This document shows positions 1-9,293 of a stretch of 64,000 bases of DNA, piece after piece. This DNA is from Candidatus Krumholzibacteriota bacterium (GTDB lineage: Bacteria; Krumholzibacteriota; Krumholzibacteriia; Krumholzibacteriales; Krumholzibacteriaceae). Made by a program: the position numbers and the translations under genes. Position 1 is the first letter of the stretch, and each line of letters starts with the position of its first letter. The notes under the pieces are model-generated. The model saw only the letters and a list, made by a program, of their open reading frames with translations, was not told the DNA's origin and ran no database searches. The stretch covers positions 4,772 through 68,771 of the forward strand of contig JAFGBF010000002.1 in assembly GCA_016933255.1 (NCBI GenBank), written 5' to 3'.

Positions 1-28
1 TGAACAGACACAAATTTTTTCTTGCATT

Positions 29-319
29 ATGCTTGATATCGGTGAATATGAGACGGTAAGCACAAGGAGGTTAGAGAAAGCGAGGAAGGCCATGGACGAA
101 AAAGGAAACAGAAAAAACGCCGGGCAGGGCAGCGGCCAGGGGCTTGGACGCGGCGGCGGAAGAGGCCGGAACAAGGGTGGAGCTTTCGGCCCGGGAGGAT
201 ATTGCGTATGCGCAGCCTGCGGACACAAAGAACCGCATTCACCGGGGATCAAGTGCACCACGGTCAAATGCCCTGAATGCGGAAAACCGCTGGTAAGAGA
301 AGAACTTCTGAACAAATAG
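29..319 (+). CDS. Small Gly/Arg-rich protein with a C-terminal four-Cys zinc-ribbon (CxxC...CxxC)
   Basis: The 96 aa ORF has a G/R-rich low-complexity segment (GQGSGQGLGRGGGRGRNKGG) followed by CVCAACG....CPECG. No family is recognised. Confidence 0.35.
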   Translation: MLDIGEYETVSTRRLEKARKAMDEKGNRKNAGQGSGQGLGRGGGRGRNKGGAFGPGGYCVCAACGHKEPHSPGIKCTTVKCPECGKPLVREELLNK

Positions 320-402
320 CCCCTGGGGAGCAGCGATGGGACCCTACGATCTGGTCGTGATAGGCGGCGGCCCCGCCCTCGCCCCGAAGGAGGACAATTC
401 CC

Positions 403-1785
403 TTATTTTTTCAGTCCCGAAGGCACCTGCGGAGTCGACAGGATCCTTTCGAACTCTTTCCAGCTCTCTTCGGCCGATTCCGCGCCGCATCCTTCCATGT
501 GTTCCTTGATCAGGTCATACCCGACATAGTAGTTCACTATGTATGTCCTGAACTGCTCGAAAAAATCGACGACCTTGCGCGCCCTGTCGGGAGAAAGAAG
601 GACATTCCTCGAAAGATATTCCGCCGTCTCCTCAGCGTCTGCCTCTCCCTCGAGATAGAGCCTCGCCGCTTCCATCCTCGCGTAGGAGAGCTTCTTCGTA
701 AGTCTGCCTATCCTGTCGTAGAGATCGGCGTTCGAAGGGTCAAGCCCCGCCAGGGGATAGAGTACCTCTCTTTCGAATTTTTTGCGCTCATCACCGGGAA
801 ATGCCATCTCGATCCCGTAATTCGCTGTCCCCTCGGCGATCAGCGATTGGGGACTGTAGAGGGGATATACGCAATATTCCACCCAGCCGCGTTCCTTCGA
901 CAGGTGCTGCTCGAGAAGGGCGTTATAGACGTGATGCCCGGGATAACCCTCGTGGGCCGCCAACCCCACAGGCGCGTCGATATATGTCGGAAGATCGATA
1001 TTGACCTGTATCAGGGAGTGGGCGTTTCCCTTGTACCAGTTATAAGCTCCCCATGAGACGCCTGTGACAAACTCGACATCGAAAGATTCATCATCTGGAA
1101 GGCTGATATACTTCTTCGTCCTTTTTCTCGCTTCATCTATGACGGCTGTGAAGACACCCGCCACCCTGTCTGCCGGTATGATAAAATTTTTTCTAAACCG
1201 TTCGAGCCTTTCGGGAAGCGTCCCCTCCCCTTCAGGCACAAGCGCTTCGACCTCTTCCATGATCTTTTTGAAATCATCTTCTGTATAGCGCGGTACCTCG
1301 ATATCATACAGAGCCCTTGATTCCTCGTCGAACGGGTGTTTCGCGCCGCCGAGGACGCTGAGATGCATCGCCAGCGCTTTCAGCTGCTTGAGGAGATATT
1401 CCCTGCGGAGTTTTACTATCTCATCCGCGCCGGAAAGATCGGCCTCGCACAGCCTGCCGATCAGCGCTCCTGTCTCGGAAGATAATTCTCCGAGGCTCTG
1501 CTGTCCTTCCTCCGCCTGCGTTTTCCACTCCCCGGGCCCGTAATAGGCGTCCACATACATCGGATCGTGCTGGCCGGCCGCAAGGACCAGCTTTACATAC
1601 TGCTCTGCGATACTGTTCATCATACTCTCTCTATCGCTTTTGGTTGAGGCATCTTCCGAGGCAAAGGCGCTGCCCGGCGGAACCAGGCATACCGCAGATA
1701 TCAGCACCGCCAGAAAAATAGAACAGGCCGTCATCATCGCCGGAAAAAAAACGGGACGAATCCCCTTAAAATATCGAATCGACAT
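403..1785 (-). CDS. DUF885-family protein (putative secreted metallopeptidase-like)
   Basis: It has an N-terminal hydrophobic signal/TM segment and the motif HEGYPGHHV, which matches the conserved HExxPGHH signature of DUF885. Length is 460 aa. Confidence 0.55.
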   Translation of the reverse strand: MSIRYFKGIRPVFFPAMMTACSIFLAVLISAVCLVPPGSAFASEDASTKSDRESMMNSIAEQYVKLVLAAGQHDPMYVDAYYGPGEWKTQAEEGQQSLGELSSETGALIGRLCEADLSGADEIVKLRREYLLKQLKALAMHLSVLGGAKHPFDEESRALYDIEVPRYTEDDFKKIMEEVEALVPEGEGTLPERLERFRKNFIIPADRVAGVFTAVIDEARKRTKKYISLPDDESFDVEFVTGVSWGAYNWYKGNAHSLIQVNIDLPTYIDAPVGLAAHEGYPGHHVYNALLEQHLSKERGWVEYCVYPLYSPQSLIAEGTANYGIEMAFPGDERKKFEREVLYPLAGLDPSNADLYDRIGRLTKKLSYARMEAARLYLEGEADAEETAEYLSRNVLLSPDRARKVVDFFEQFRTYIVNYYVGYDLIKEHMEGCGAESAEESWKEFERILSTPQVPSGLKK

Positions 1786-1978
1786 ATCTTCTCCTCTCAG
1801 AATCAGTATCTGCCCGATGATATTACATATCTATCCGGTTATTCCATGAAATTGTTCGGCTGAAAGATAAAGAGGAGACAGGAAACAGGACCACTCAATA
1901 CCGCCGAGTGATCCTGCTTTCCCGCTTTCGAAGTAAAAATCCACGCCCCCCCCACATAAAAGGGCGCGCGAGCTGTTT

Positions 1979-2995
1979 CTACTTCTTCAGAGTCACATGC
2001 CCGGAAGCTGTCGTCATAAATATCTGCGGATCGTCGCCATTTCTGGTAAACGACTTTTTGAGATAAGTTTCGCCATGCTTCTTGAACTCTTCCTCATTAT
2101 CAAAACCAAAGGGGCAGCTGATACGCCCTCTTCGTTTTCTTGCCTCGAATTCAAAATATCCGCGGACTTCCTGTCCGTTATAATCGAGAGTGACATCTCC
2201 CGAGGCGGTCGAAAGTTCGAGATCATATTTGCAGCTTTCGGCGAGCACTACCTCGACCTCTCCCGAGGCGGTCGAAAAACTGCTCGCGCCGGTGAAACTT
2301 ACTTTCTCGACAACGATCGTCCCGCTTGCGCAGCTGAGTTTGAAGGTCCCTTTGCAGTCAGAGACTTCTATATCGCCGGATGCCGTGCTGAACTTCAGGT
2401 CTCCCTCCATTTTGGACACTCTGATATCGCCGCTCGCCGTACTCAGCCTCGATTTGGCATTCGATTCTTTTATAGTGATCTCTCCGCTGGCGGTAGAGAC
2501 CTTGTTGCCTCCGTACGCCTTGATCAGGGTGACCTCTCCGCTCGCTGTCGATACGCTGACGTCCCCTTTCGTATCTCTGACCTCTATATCGCCCGACGCC
2601 GTGCTAACTTTGACGCTGCCGAACGGGCCTGATGCATCAAAATCGCCGGAAGCTGTCGAGAACTCTATGTCGATCCCTTTCGGAACGGCCAGTGTCCAGC
2701 GTACTTCTCCCCATGTAGATCTGCCGTGCCATTCTTCCTTTATCTCCACCCTGCTGCTTCTGTCGCTTATTTTGTACTCGAACGCGTCCTCTACATCCAC
2801 GTCATAGAAAAGATCTACTGTCACCTTATCGGAGTCGTGCACCTTGATGGTCACATCTCCGCTTACAGTACTGATATCGATCACCTTGATGCCGGAAAAT
2901 TCCTTGCGGACCTCTTTCCCGTCCTTCGCCTGCATCAGGCAGGGCATAAGGACCAGGATCATGGCACAGATGAATATGGCAGTTACCTTTTTCAT
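1979..2995 (-). CDS. DUF4097-family putative adhesin / beta-helix repeat protein (secreted)
   Basis: It has a signal peptide and more than 10 tandem repeats of STASGD[IV]xV spaced about 17-20 aa apart, which is typical of the DUF4097/YvlB beta-helix family. Confidence 0.6.
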   Translation of the reverse strand: MKKVTAIFICAMILVLMPCLMQAKDGKEVRKEFSGIKVIDISTVSGDVTIKVHDSDKVTVDLFYDVDVEDAFEYKISDRSSRVEIKEEWHGRSTWGEVRWTLAVPKGIDIEFSTASGDFDASGPFGSVKVSTASGDIEVRDTKGDVSVSTASGEVTLIKAYGGNKVSTASGEITIKESNAKSRLSTASGDIRVSKMEGDLKFSTASGDIEVSDCKGTFKLSCASGTIVVEKVSFTGASSFSTASGEVEVVLAESCKYDLELSTASGDVTLDYNGQEVRGYFEFEARKRRGRISCPFGFDNEEEFKKHGETYLKKSFTRNGDDPQIFMTTASGHVTLKK

Positions 2996-3129
2996 GCTGT
3001 CCCCCCTTCTTTAAGGTTACAGGGCCCTGCGGCGGCCCCACGGTTATAATACCTTCACGCATAATACGCGACAGCAGGCGGCGCGGTCGCCCGGTATTGC
3101 AATCCAGAACGAAAAATTCGGACGGAATT

Positions 3130-6036
3130 TCAATTTCGACTGTTCTTTTTCCTGAATTCGGAAGGGCTCATTCCGGTAAACCTCTTGAAGGCCGTATTGA
3201 AGGTGGATTTTGAATAAAATCCCACGTCGTAGATGATCTCGGAGATATTCCTGTTGCTGTATTTTTCGGAAACGAGTCTTTTCTTCGCCTCCTCGATCCG
3301 GTAGTTGTTTATGAAATGGCTGAAACTGACCGAAAACCGCTCGTTTATTATCCTCGAGAGATGGTTGTAATGTATCCCCAGGCGCTTTGCCAGCTTCTTG
3401 AGCGTCAGGTCGGGGTCAAGATAGACCGCTTCCTCCTCGATCAGGGCGGTAAGCTTTTCGAACGCTTCATCCATCCGTTCCGAGTTGATATATGAAGTGC
3501 TGTATTTGTTCTTCTTTTTCAGATTCTTCCGATACTTCGCTCCGGCAAGCGCCCCCGCCGCGGCGAGTAAAACCGCAGAAGCTGAGAGTATTATAAAACC
3601 GGCCCGGCGGTAGAAGGGAGGCCTGACTTCAAAGACCAACGGCTCTTTCTCTTCGCTCCATACTCCACCGTTTCCGACCGCGCGAAGTTCAAATAAATAC
3701 TCGCCCGGTTTAAGGCCGCTGTATACCGCGATCCTCTCTGCCCCCGGCCCGACTGTGATGGCCTCGCGGTCATACCCTTTCAGCCTGTAAAGAAAGCGCA
3801 CCTTGCCGGGATCGGCATAATCAAAAGCGGTAAAACGGATCTCGATCCTGCCTGCGCCGTGGGAGAGGATATGCGTGTTTTCCCGGGGATCGATCTGAAG
3901 CGGCTTTCCATCTATCAGTATCTCTTCTATGACGACCCTCGGCCGTTTACCCGGCATTATCCCGGCCTTTGCGTCAAAAAGGGCCAGACCTGCCGCAGTG
4001 GGATAACAGATCCCTCCGCCCCCGGTCACGAGAACCGCGGGGGAACAAAGGCCGCTGCACCTTTTCGACGGCATCCCGTCTGAATCGTCAAAAAGAAAGG
4101 CCGAGAGGATACCGCTTCCTCCATCGATGCCGGAGCTGAGCGAATCGGCCTGGATCGTAAAGACCCCCGCCTCGCAGCTGATCCATAACCTGCCTGGAGG
4201 AGTCTCGATAATACTGTAGATAAAATCACCGGGCAGGCCGTCTCTCGATGTACAGCTCGATATTCTGCCGCCACTGACAGATCTCAGTCCGTCCCCTTTC
4301 GTACCCGCCCAGACCCTTCCGGAGGAGTCTTCGAGGATCGAGATGACATCAAATTTCGAACCGCCGCTGTCACCGGCTGCTTTTTCGAATACAGCTCCCG
4401 ACAGGATCCATAGACCGTCTTTCGTCCCGGCATAGAGGACACCTTCGCTGCTTTCGTGAAGCGCCTGTACGGCCTGATTCCCAAAGATCACTGAATTTCC
4501 CGGCCTCCCGACAGCGCCTGAGCTGAAGAAATTCAGGCCTCTGTCGGTCCCGACCCACACCGTCCCGGTCCTGTCCTGAAGAAGAGCGGTTATATTGTCG
4601 GAGAGAAGCCCTTCTGCGCTTCCCATATGCAGTATCGACCGTGCTGCTTCGCCGGAAAGAGGCAGAGTGCGGTCTCCGGTGATGACCGTAAGGCCCGCAT
4701 CTTTCGTCCCCGCCCAGAGCCTGTCCCTGTCGTCTATTATGACGGCGCGGACGATATTTCCCGACAGACCGCTCTCTTTATCAAGATGCCCGGCAGCCCG
4801 CCGGCCCGCGACCTTCCAGAGCCCGCTGTTTTCACTGCCGACCCATAGAGCGCCGTCTCTGTCCTCGGCCGGGGAATAGACGGCCCCCGCCGGAAACCCC
4901 TCCGCGACAGCCGTAGAACCCGCCTTTTTCTCTCTCAGCTGCTGAAGCCCCTTCGACTTTGTCCCTGCCCAGATAAACCCGTCCCTGTCGCAGAGGATCG
5001 AGAGCATGTGTGAACTGGCCAGGCGGTCTTCACGGAAAAGGTCTTTCAGGCTGCCGCCCCTTATAACCTTCAGCCCCTCGACCATAGTCCCTGCAAGCAC
5101 ACTGCCGCCTGCTCCCGAGCTCAGGACAGTCGTGGGAAAATGTTCAGTCTCCGGCAGGAGTACAAAGGAGTTACCGCCGGCTTTAAGCTCAAAGATCCCT
5201 TTCATCGTTCCGGCCAGGATCCTGCCGCCGCCGCAGGCAACTATCGAAAGGACCCGCTCTTCGATGAGGCCCTCGTAATACCCGAATTTTTCGGCCAGGT
5301 CCCCCTCGAATCTGGCAAGACCGCCCCGCATCATCCCCACCCAGAGGCGTCCGAGTTCATCGACGGCAGCAGCAGTGATGATCGCGTCAGGCAGCCCTTC
5401 GTCGAGCCCGTAAACAGTGACCTCATCCCCGTCGAACCTGTAAAGCCCGAGTTCGGTTCCGCACCAGATATTCCCCTGCCAGTCACCGGTGACGGCGGTG
5501 ATATGCTCGCTGGCAAGCCCTTCGGCGCTTCCGTACTTCTTCCACTTTCCTTTGTTTATCGAATACAGCCCGCCTCCGTCGGTCCCGACCCATAATTTCT
5601 GATAGATATCCTCATAGAGGGAGGTGATCTTGTTCTCGCTGAGTACCGGGCTGTTCCAGCGGTCGAAGACAGCAAAGTTCACCCCGTCGAAACGGACAAG
5701 CCCGGCCGGCGTGCCGAGCCATATATATCCATCTGCGTCCTGCAGTATAGCCCTTATTTCGTTATGGGGAAGTCCCGAATCGGTGCCCCACGACCTGACG
5801 GTCATGCTGTCCGGATCAAGCCGCGGCTCGGGGTGTGGATCGGCGGCGACAACAGCGTGCGGATCAGCGGCGATAAAAGATAACGAAAGCAGCGCTGCGG
5901 AGAGAAACAGCGGAAGGCGCGGCTTCCCTGACCGAACCCCGGAGGCAGCTTTATTGAATACGCTGAAGATATTAGTACACTTTCTCACGATTTCGTCAAT
6001 CAGGGTAAAGTCCCAGCCTCCGGACGGGCGGATCAT
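3130..6036 (-). CDS. Membrane-anchored one-component transcriptional regulator with a periplasmic two-component-regulator beta-propeller domain, a Y_Y_Y domain, a TM helix and an AraC-type HTH
   Basis: It has a signal/anchor and many Reg_prop repeats (WVGT, WAGT, WCGT, WISC). A Y_Y_Y-like segment (FLYRLKGYD...W..) follows, then a hydrophobic TM segment (FIILSASAVLLAAAGALAGA), then a classic AraC HTH (LAKRLGIHYNHLSRIINERF...FNTAFKRFTGMSPSEFRK). No histidine kinase or receiver domain is present. Confidence 0.7.
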   Translation of the reverse strand: MIRPSGGWDFTLIDEIVRKCTNIFSVFNKAASGVRSGKPRLPLFLSAALLSLSFIAADPHAVVAADPHPEPRLDPDSMTVRSWGTDSGLPHNEIRAILQDADGYIWLGTPAGLVRFDGVNFAVFDRWNSPVLSENKITSLYEDIYQKLWVGTDGGGLYSINKGKWKKYGSAEGLASEHITAVTGDWQGNIWCGTELGLYRFDGDEVTVYGLDEGLPDAIITAAAVDELGRLWVGMMRGGLARFEGDLAEKFGYYEGLIEERVLSIVACGGGRILAGTMKGIFELKAGGNSFVLLPETEHFPTTVLSSGAGGSVLAGTMVEGLKVIRGGSLKDLFREDRLASSHMLSILCDRDGFIWAGTKSKGLQQLREKKAGSTAVAEGFPAGAVYSPAEDRDGALWVGSENSGLWKVAGRRAAGHLDKESGLSGNIVRAVIIDDRDRLWAGTKDAGLTVITGDRTLPLSGEAARSILHMGSAEGLLSDNITALLQDRTGTVWVGTDRGLNFFSSGAVGRPGNSVIFGNQAVQALHESSEGVLYAGTKDGLWILSGAVFEKAAGDSGGSKFDVISILEDSSGRVWAGTKGDGLRSVSGGRISSCTSRDGLPGDFIYSIIETPPGRLWISCEAGVFTIQADSLSSGIDGGSGILSAFLFDDSDGMPSKRCSGLCSPAVLVTGGGGICYPTAAGLALFDAKAGIMPGKRPRVVIEEILIDGKPLQIDPRENTHILSHGAGRIEIRFTAFDYADPGKVRFLYRLKGYDREAITVGPGAERIAVYSGLKPGEYLFELRAVGNGGVWSEEKEPLVFEVRPPFYRRAGFIILSASAVLLAAAGALAGAKYRKNLKKKNKYSTSYINSERMDEAFEKLTALIEEEAVYLDPDLTLKKLAKRLGIHYNHLSRIINERFSVSFSHFINNYRIEEAKKRLVSEKYSNRNISEIIYDVGFYSKSTFNTAFKRFTGMSPSEFRKKNSRN

Positions 6037-6183
6037 TCGCCGGTCATCCCTGCGGTCCGCTGCGGTCGACTCTGTCTCTGGCTATATCTACGATTCTCTG
6101 CGGCGAATGGTTTCAGCAGCGGCAGGAAGGCCCGATTTCCTCCTGTCTGAGTTCTGCCTGACGCGCGAGGCCGCCGCCCGGAC

Positions 6184-6219
6184 GCAAAAAGACCGGAGCC
6201 GATCGATCATCGGCTCCGG
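6184..6219 (-). terminator. Rho-independent terminator downstream of ssb
   Basis: A perfect 11 bp stem (ccggagccgat / atcggctccgg) with a 5 nt loop lies at 6193-6219. On the minus strand it is followed by TCTTTTTGCG, a T-tract, about 90 nt past the ssb stop. Confidence 0.5.
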
Positions 6220-6310
6220 GTTCACCTTATCGGGGCTTTGCTTTGAATCCCGCCCTCATAAACCGGGGCAGAAGCTGGATCTTCCTGTAAAGGAAAATTT
6301 ACCGCAATTT

Positions 6311-6748
6311 CTAGAACGGCAGATCGTCGTCGTCATCGCCGGGCGGGATCTGTGATCCCCCGTCTTCATCCTGCGCCTCGGGCGGCTCGTCAGTGACGAT
6401 TCTGCTTCCCCCGTCCCCTGCGCGCCCGAGCATCACCATCTGATTTGCGATGACCTCTGTCGTATATTTTTTGTTGCCTGCCTGGTCTTCCCAGCTTCTC
6501 GTCTGAATCCGGCCCTCGATATAGACCTGTTTGCCTTTTTGCAGGTACTGGCCGCATATCTCGGCAAGCTTTCCAAAAGCGACGACCTTGTGCCATTCGG
6601 TCCTTGTCTGCCGCTCACCTTCACGGTTCTTGAAATTCTCACTGGTAGCGAGACTGAAATTCGCTACGGTCGTCCCGCTTCCTGTATGCCTAAGCTCCGG
6701 GTCGGAGCCGAGATTACCGACGAGTATAGCCTTGTTGACACCACTCAT
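6311..6748 (-). CDS. ssb: Single-stranded DNA-binding protein
   Basis: The OB-fold core ([20 protein letters not shown]...[12 protein letters not shown]) is followed by a Gly-rich linker and the acidic tail DDDDDLPF. The true start is the internal ATG at 6748, preceded by GGCAGGAGG. The ORF-track start at 6808 is an upstream extension. Confidence 0.9.
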   Translation of the reverse strand: MSGVNKAILVGNLGSDPELRHTGSGTTVANFSLATSENFKNREGERQTRTEWHKVVAFGKLAEICGQYLQKGKQVYIEGRIQTRSWEDQAGNKKYTTEVIANQMVMLGRAGDGGSRIVTDEPPEAQDEDGGSQIPPGDDDDDLPF

Positions 6749-7017
6749 CACCGCACCTCCTGCCAAAGAAAAGATTGTGAACCGCTCCCGGCATCTATCC
6801 TCCACCACTCCCCATAAGGTTCAATCAACATTGTATATGCAATTTTACGACGGTCAAGTAAAATTCATCTCTGGTCAATATCACAGATATAAGGTAATAT
6901 TACTCAAATTTCGGGAATCGGAAGATTATCGGGCAAGTTTCCTTGACAACTCTGAAGAAAAGACCGATAATACTAATGGTTCTTATTTGAGACTTGTTAT
7001 TGTTGAAAGGAGAGAGA

Positions 7018-7491
7018 GTGGCACAATATTCCGTAGGCGATAAGGCCCCTGATTTCGAGCTTATCGAGTCGATGGAATCGGCATGGAAACTCTCCGAACA
7101 CCTTGGCGGAAAAAACATAGTCATGCTTCTTTTCCCGCTTGCCTTTTCCCCTCCATGCACAGAAGAACTCTGCAGCATGAGAGACGGCTTCAGGGAATTT
7201 CAGGACCTGGATGCCGATGTTATCGCGGCCAGTATAGACAGCCCTTTTGTCCTGGCCAAATGGAAGGAAGAACTCGGCTTGCCATTCCCGCTGCTGAGTG
7301 ATTTCAACAACGAAGTCTGTCAGGAATTCAATGCTTGCCATGCCGCTCTAGGCCCCCTTCAGGGCGTGGCAAAAAGATCAGCATTTGTAATAGACAACAC
7401 GGGGATAATCAGGTTCTCATGGATCTCAGATGATCCCGGGATCCTGCCCCCACTGGACGAGATCAAAAAGGTGCTGGACAAACTGGATTGA
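7018..7491 (+). CDS. Thiol peroxidase / peroxiredoxin (AhpC-TSA family, Bcp/PrxQ-like)
   Basis: It carries a thioredoxin-fold peroxiredoxin motif (LLFPLAFSPPCTEELC) and a C-x4-C. The likely start is the GTG at 7018, just after AAAGGAGAGAGA. The ORF track begins at 6994. Confidence 0.75.
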   Translation: MAQYSVGDKAPDFELIESMESAWKLSEHLGGKNIVMLLFPLAFSPPCTEELCSMRDGFREFQDLDADVIAASIDSPFVLAKWKEELGLPFPLLSDFNNEVCQEFNACHAALGPLQGVAKRSAFVIDNTGIIRFSWISDDPGILPPLDEIKKVLDKLD

Positions 7492-7666
7492 CCTGGCACT
7501 CACACCATCTCAGCAAAGAAACCCGCTGCCCACCCCCTGGGCGGCGGGTTTTCCTTATCAGCCCCAAAAGCGGCCTGGAGCACCCGCCTCGGTCTGATCT
7601 TGATCGATAAAAAAAGCCCACCCTCTCCGGGCTTGTAAACGCCTTCGAGGATGGACTTTGTAAACA

Positions 7667-7743
7667 TGGGGTGGACAACGGGAGTCGAACCCGCGACAAC
7701 TGGAACCACAATCCAGGGCTCTACCAGCTGAGCTATGTCCACC
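7667..7743 (-). tRNA. tRNA-His (anticodon GTG)
   Basis: The reverse complement folds as a cloverleaf with the anticodon loop TTGTGGT. It has the extra 5' G-1 characteristic of tRNA-His, a TTCGACTCC T-arm, and an encoded CCA. Confidence 0.85.
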
Positions 7744-7836
7744 ATATCCGAATCTATAATCTACCCGCAAGCAGGGCCCCTAGCAAGCAAAATCAGACGC
7801 GGGCGCAGACGCCTCCTCCACGGGGAAAACTCAATT

Positions 7837-7910
<74 letters not shown>

Positions 7911-8011
7911 ATAACAAATGATTCAATAAGGTAGCAATACCGGAGCGCTTAGGCAATGGGAAAATACTTTTCGCGATTGCCATCGCTGATACGAGGGTTT
8001 ATAAATGATGT

Positions 8012-9103
8012 ATGACCGGAAGGAAGATATGTTTTTTCAATACCGCGCCCCGCTGGGGGGGCGGCGAAAAATGGAATTTCGATATGGCCTCCGGCCTCGA
8101 AAGGCTTGGCTATGACGTGTCCGCCGTAGTGGGAAGCAGTGGAAAGTTCCGCGAAAAGATCAGGCGCAGCGGCATTCCGTTTTTCACCGTCGATATATCC
8201 AATCTCTCCTTTCTGAATATCTTCAAGATCAGAAAAGTCCGCGATTTTCTCACCGGCAATTCCATCGACACCCTGATCATAAGCCTTCCGTCAGACCTGA
8301 AAGTCGCGGGGCCGGCGGCGCGGATGGCGGGGACACGCTCTGTGATCTACCGCCGGGGAAGCGCGATACCTTTGCGCGATTCGCCATCGAACCGCTACCT
8401 TTTCAAAAACTGCGTCACCTCGGTAATAGCAAACTCGGAAGAGACAAAAAGAACGATCCTGCAGAATAACGCGGAGATATTCGACCCTGCGAAGATCGAG
8501 CTGATCTATAACGGGATCGATCTCGATGAATGGGACAAAAGAGACAGCCATCCCCTATTCGATTATAGAAATGAGGGGGTCGTGATCGGGACGGCAGGAA
8601 GGCTTGAGATCGAGAAGGCGCACGACCGGCTGATAGACCTCGCGGTGATACTTGAGGAAAGGGGCCTGGATTTCAGGCTTCTTATAGCGGGGAGCGGCCG
8701 GCTGAGGAAAAAGCTTGAGAGGTACGCGGAAAAACGCGGGGTCTCCGGCCGGATCGTCTTCACCGGATTCGTCGAGGAGATGAAAAGCTTCATGGCAGGT
8801 ATCGACATCTTTCTTCTTTCTTCCCTCTGGGAGGGATTCGGTTACGTCCTGATCGAATCGATGGCATCCGGGGTCCCGGTCGTCGCCTTCGATCTTTCAA
8901 GCACAAGGGAGATCATTGAGGATGGAAAAACAGGGTTCCTTGTGCCGCCCGGAGAGGTCCAGGAGATGGCTGAAAAAGTCATCGGCCTGGCAAAGGACAA
9001 GAATCTGCTAAGGAAAATGGGAGAAAACGGCAGAACCGCTGTGGAAAAACGATTTACAGCCGATTCGGCCCTGAAAAAACTTCAGTTTTTCATAGATTTA
9101 TAG
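8012..9103 (+). CDS. Glycosyltransferase family 4 (GT-B fold)
   Basis: The C-terminal GT1/GT4 signature is EGFGYVLIESMASGVPVVAFD...EDGKTGFLV. Confidence 0.8.
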   Translation: MTGRKICFFNTAPRWGGGEKWNFDMASGLERLGYDVSAVVGSSGKFREKIRRSGIPFFTVDISNLSFLNIFKIRKVRDFLTGNSIDTLIISLPSDLKVAGPAARMAGTRSVIYRRGSAIPLRDSPSNRYLFKNCVTSVIANSEETKRTILQNNAEIFDPAKIELIYNGIDLDEWDKRDSHPLFDYRNEGVVIGTAGRLEIEKAHDRLIDLAVILEERGLDFRLLIAGSGRLRKKLERYAEKRGVSGRIVFTGFVEEMKSFMAGIDIFLLSSLWEGFGYVLIESMASGVPVVAFDLSSTREIIEDGKTGFLVPPGEVQEMAEKVIGLAKDKNLLRKMGENGRTAVEKRFTADSALKKLQFFIDL

Positions 9104-9185
9104 TGGTATGAACTCATATCAGGGCCGTACAGCTTCCAGGGGGACTGCTACAGGTCATAAATACATAGTGGTATTTTCTCATATT
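9101..9185 (+). repeat. Pair of 20 bp direct repeats in the promoter region of the secreted-protein operon
   Basis: The repeats are tagtggtatgaactcatatc (9101-9120) and tagtggtattttctcatatt (9166-9185), with 17 of 20 positions identical. A weaker third copy sits near 9216. Confidence 0.5.
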
Positions 9186-9293
9186 TAATTAAGAATAATA
9201 TTGAACTATTCGCTTATCTGTGGTATCATCCATGAGTTGAATGGCGTATTGTAATTTTTCTTGTTTTTTTTCTTCACAGGTAAGGAGGAGATT

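Noticed and set aside
1997-2807. Plus-strand ORFs of 211 aa and 205 aa overlapping the DUF4097 gene
   Set aside because: They are the repeat-derived antisense of the STASGD-repeat gene. Their periodic serine/proline-rich translation mirrors the sense-strand repeats.
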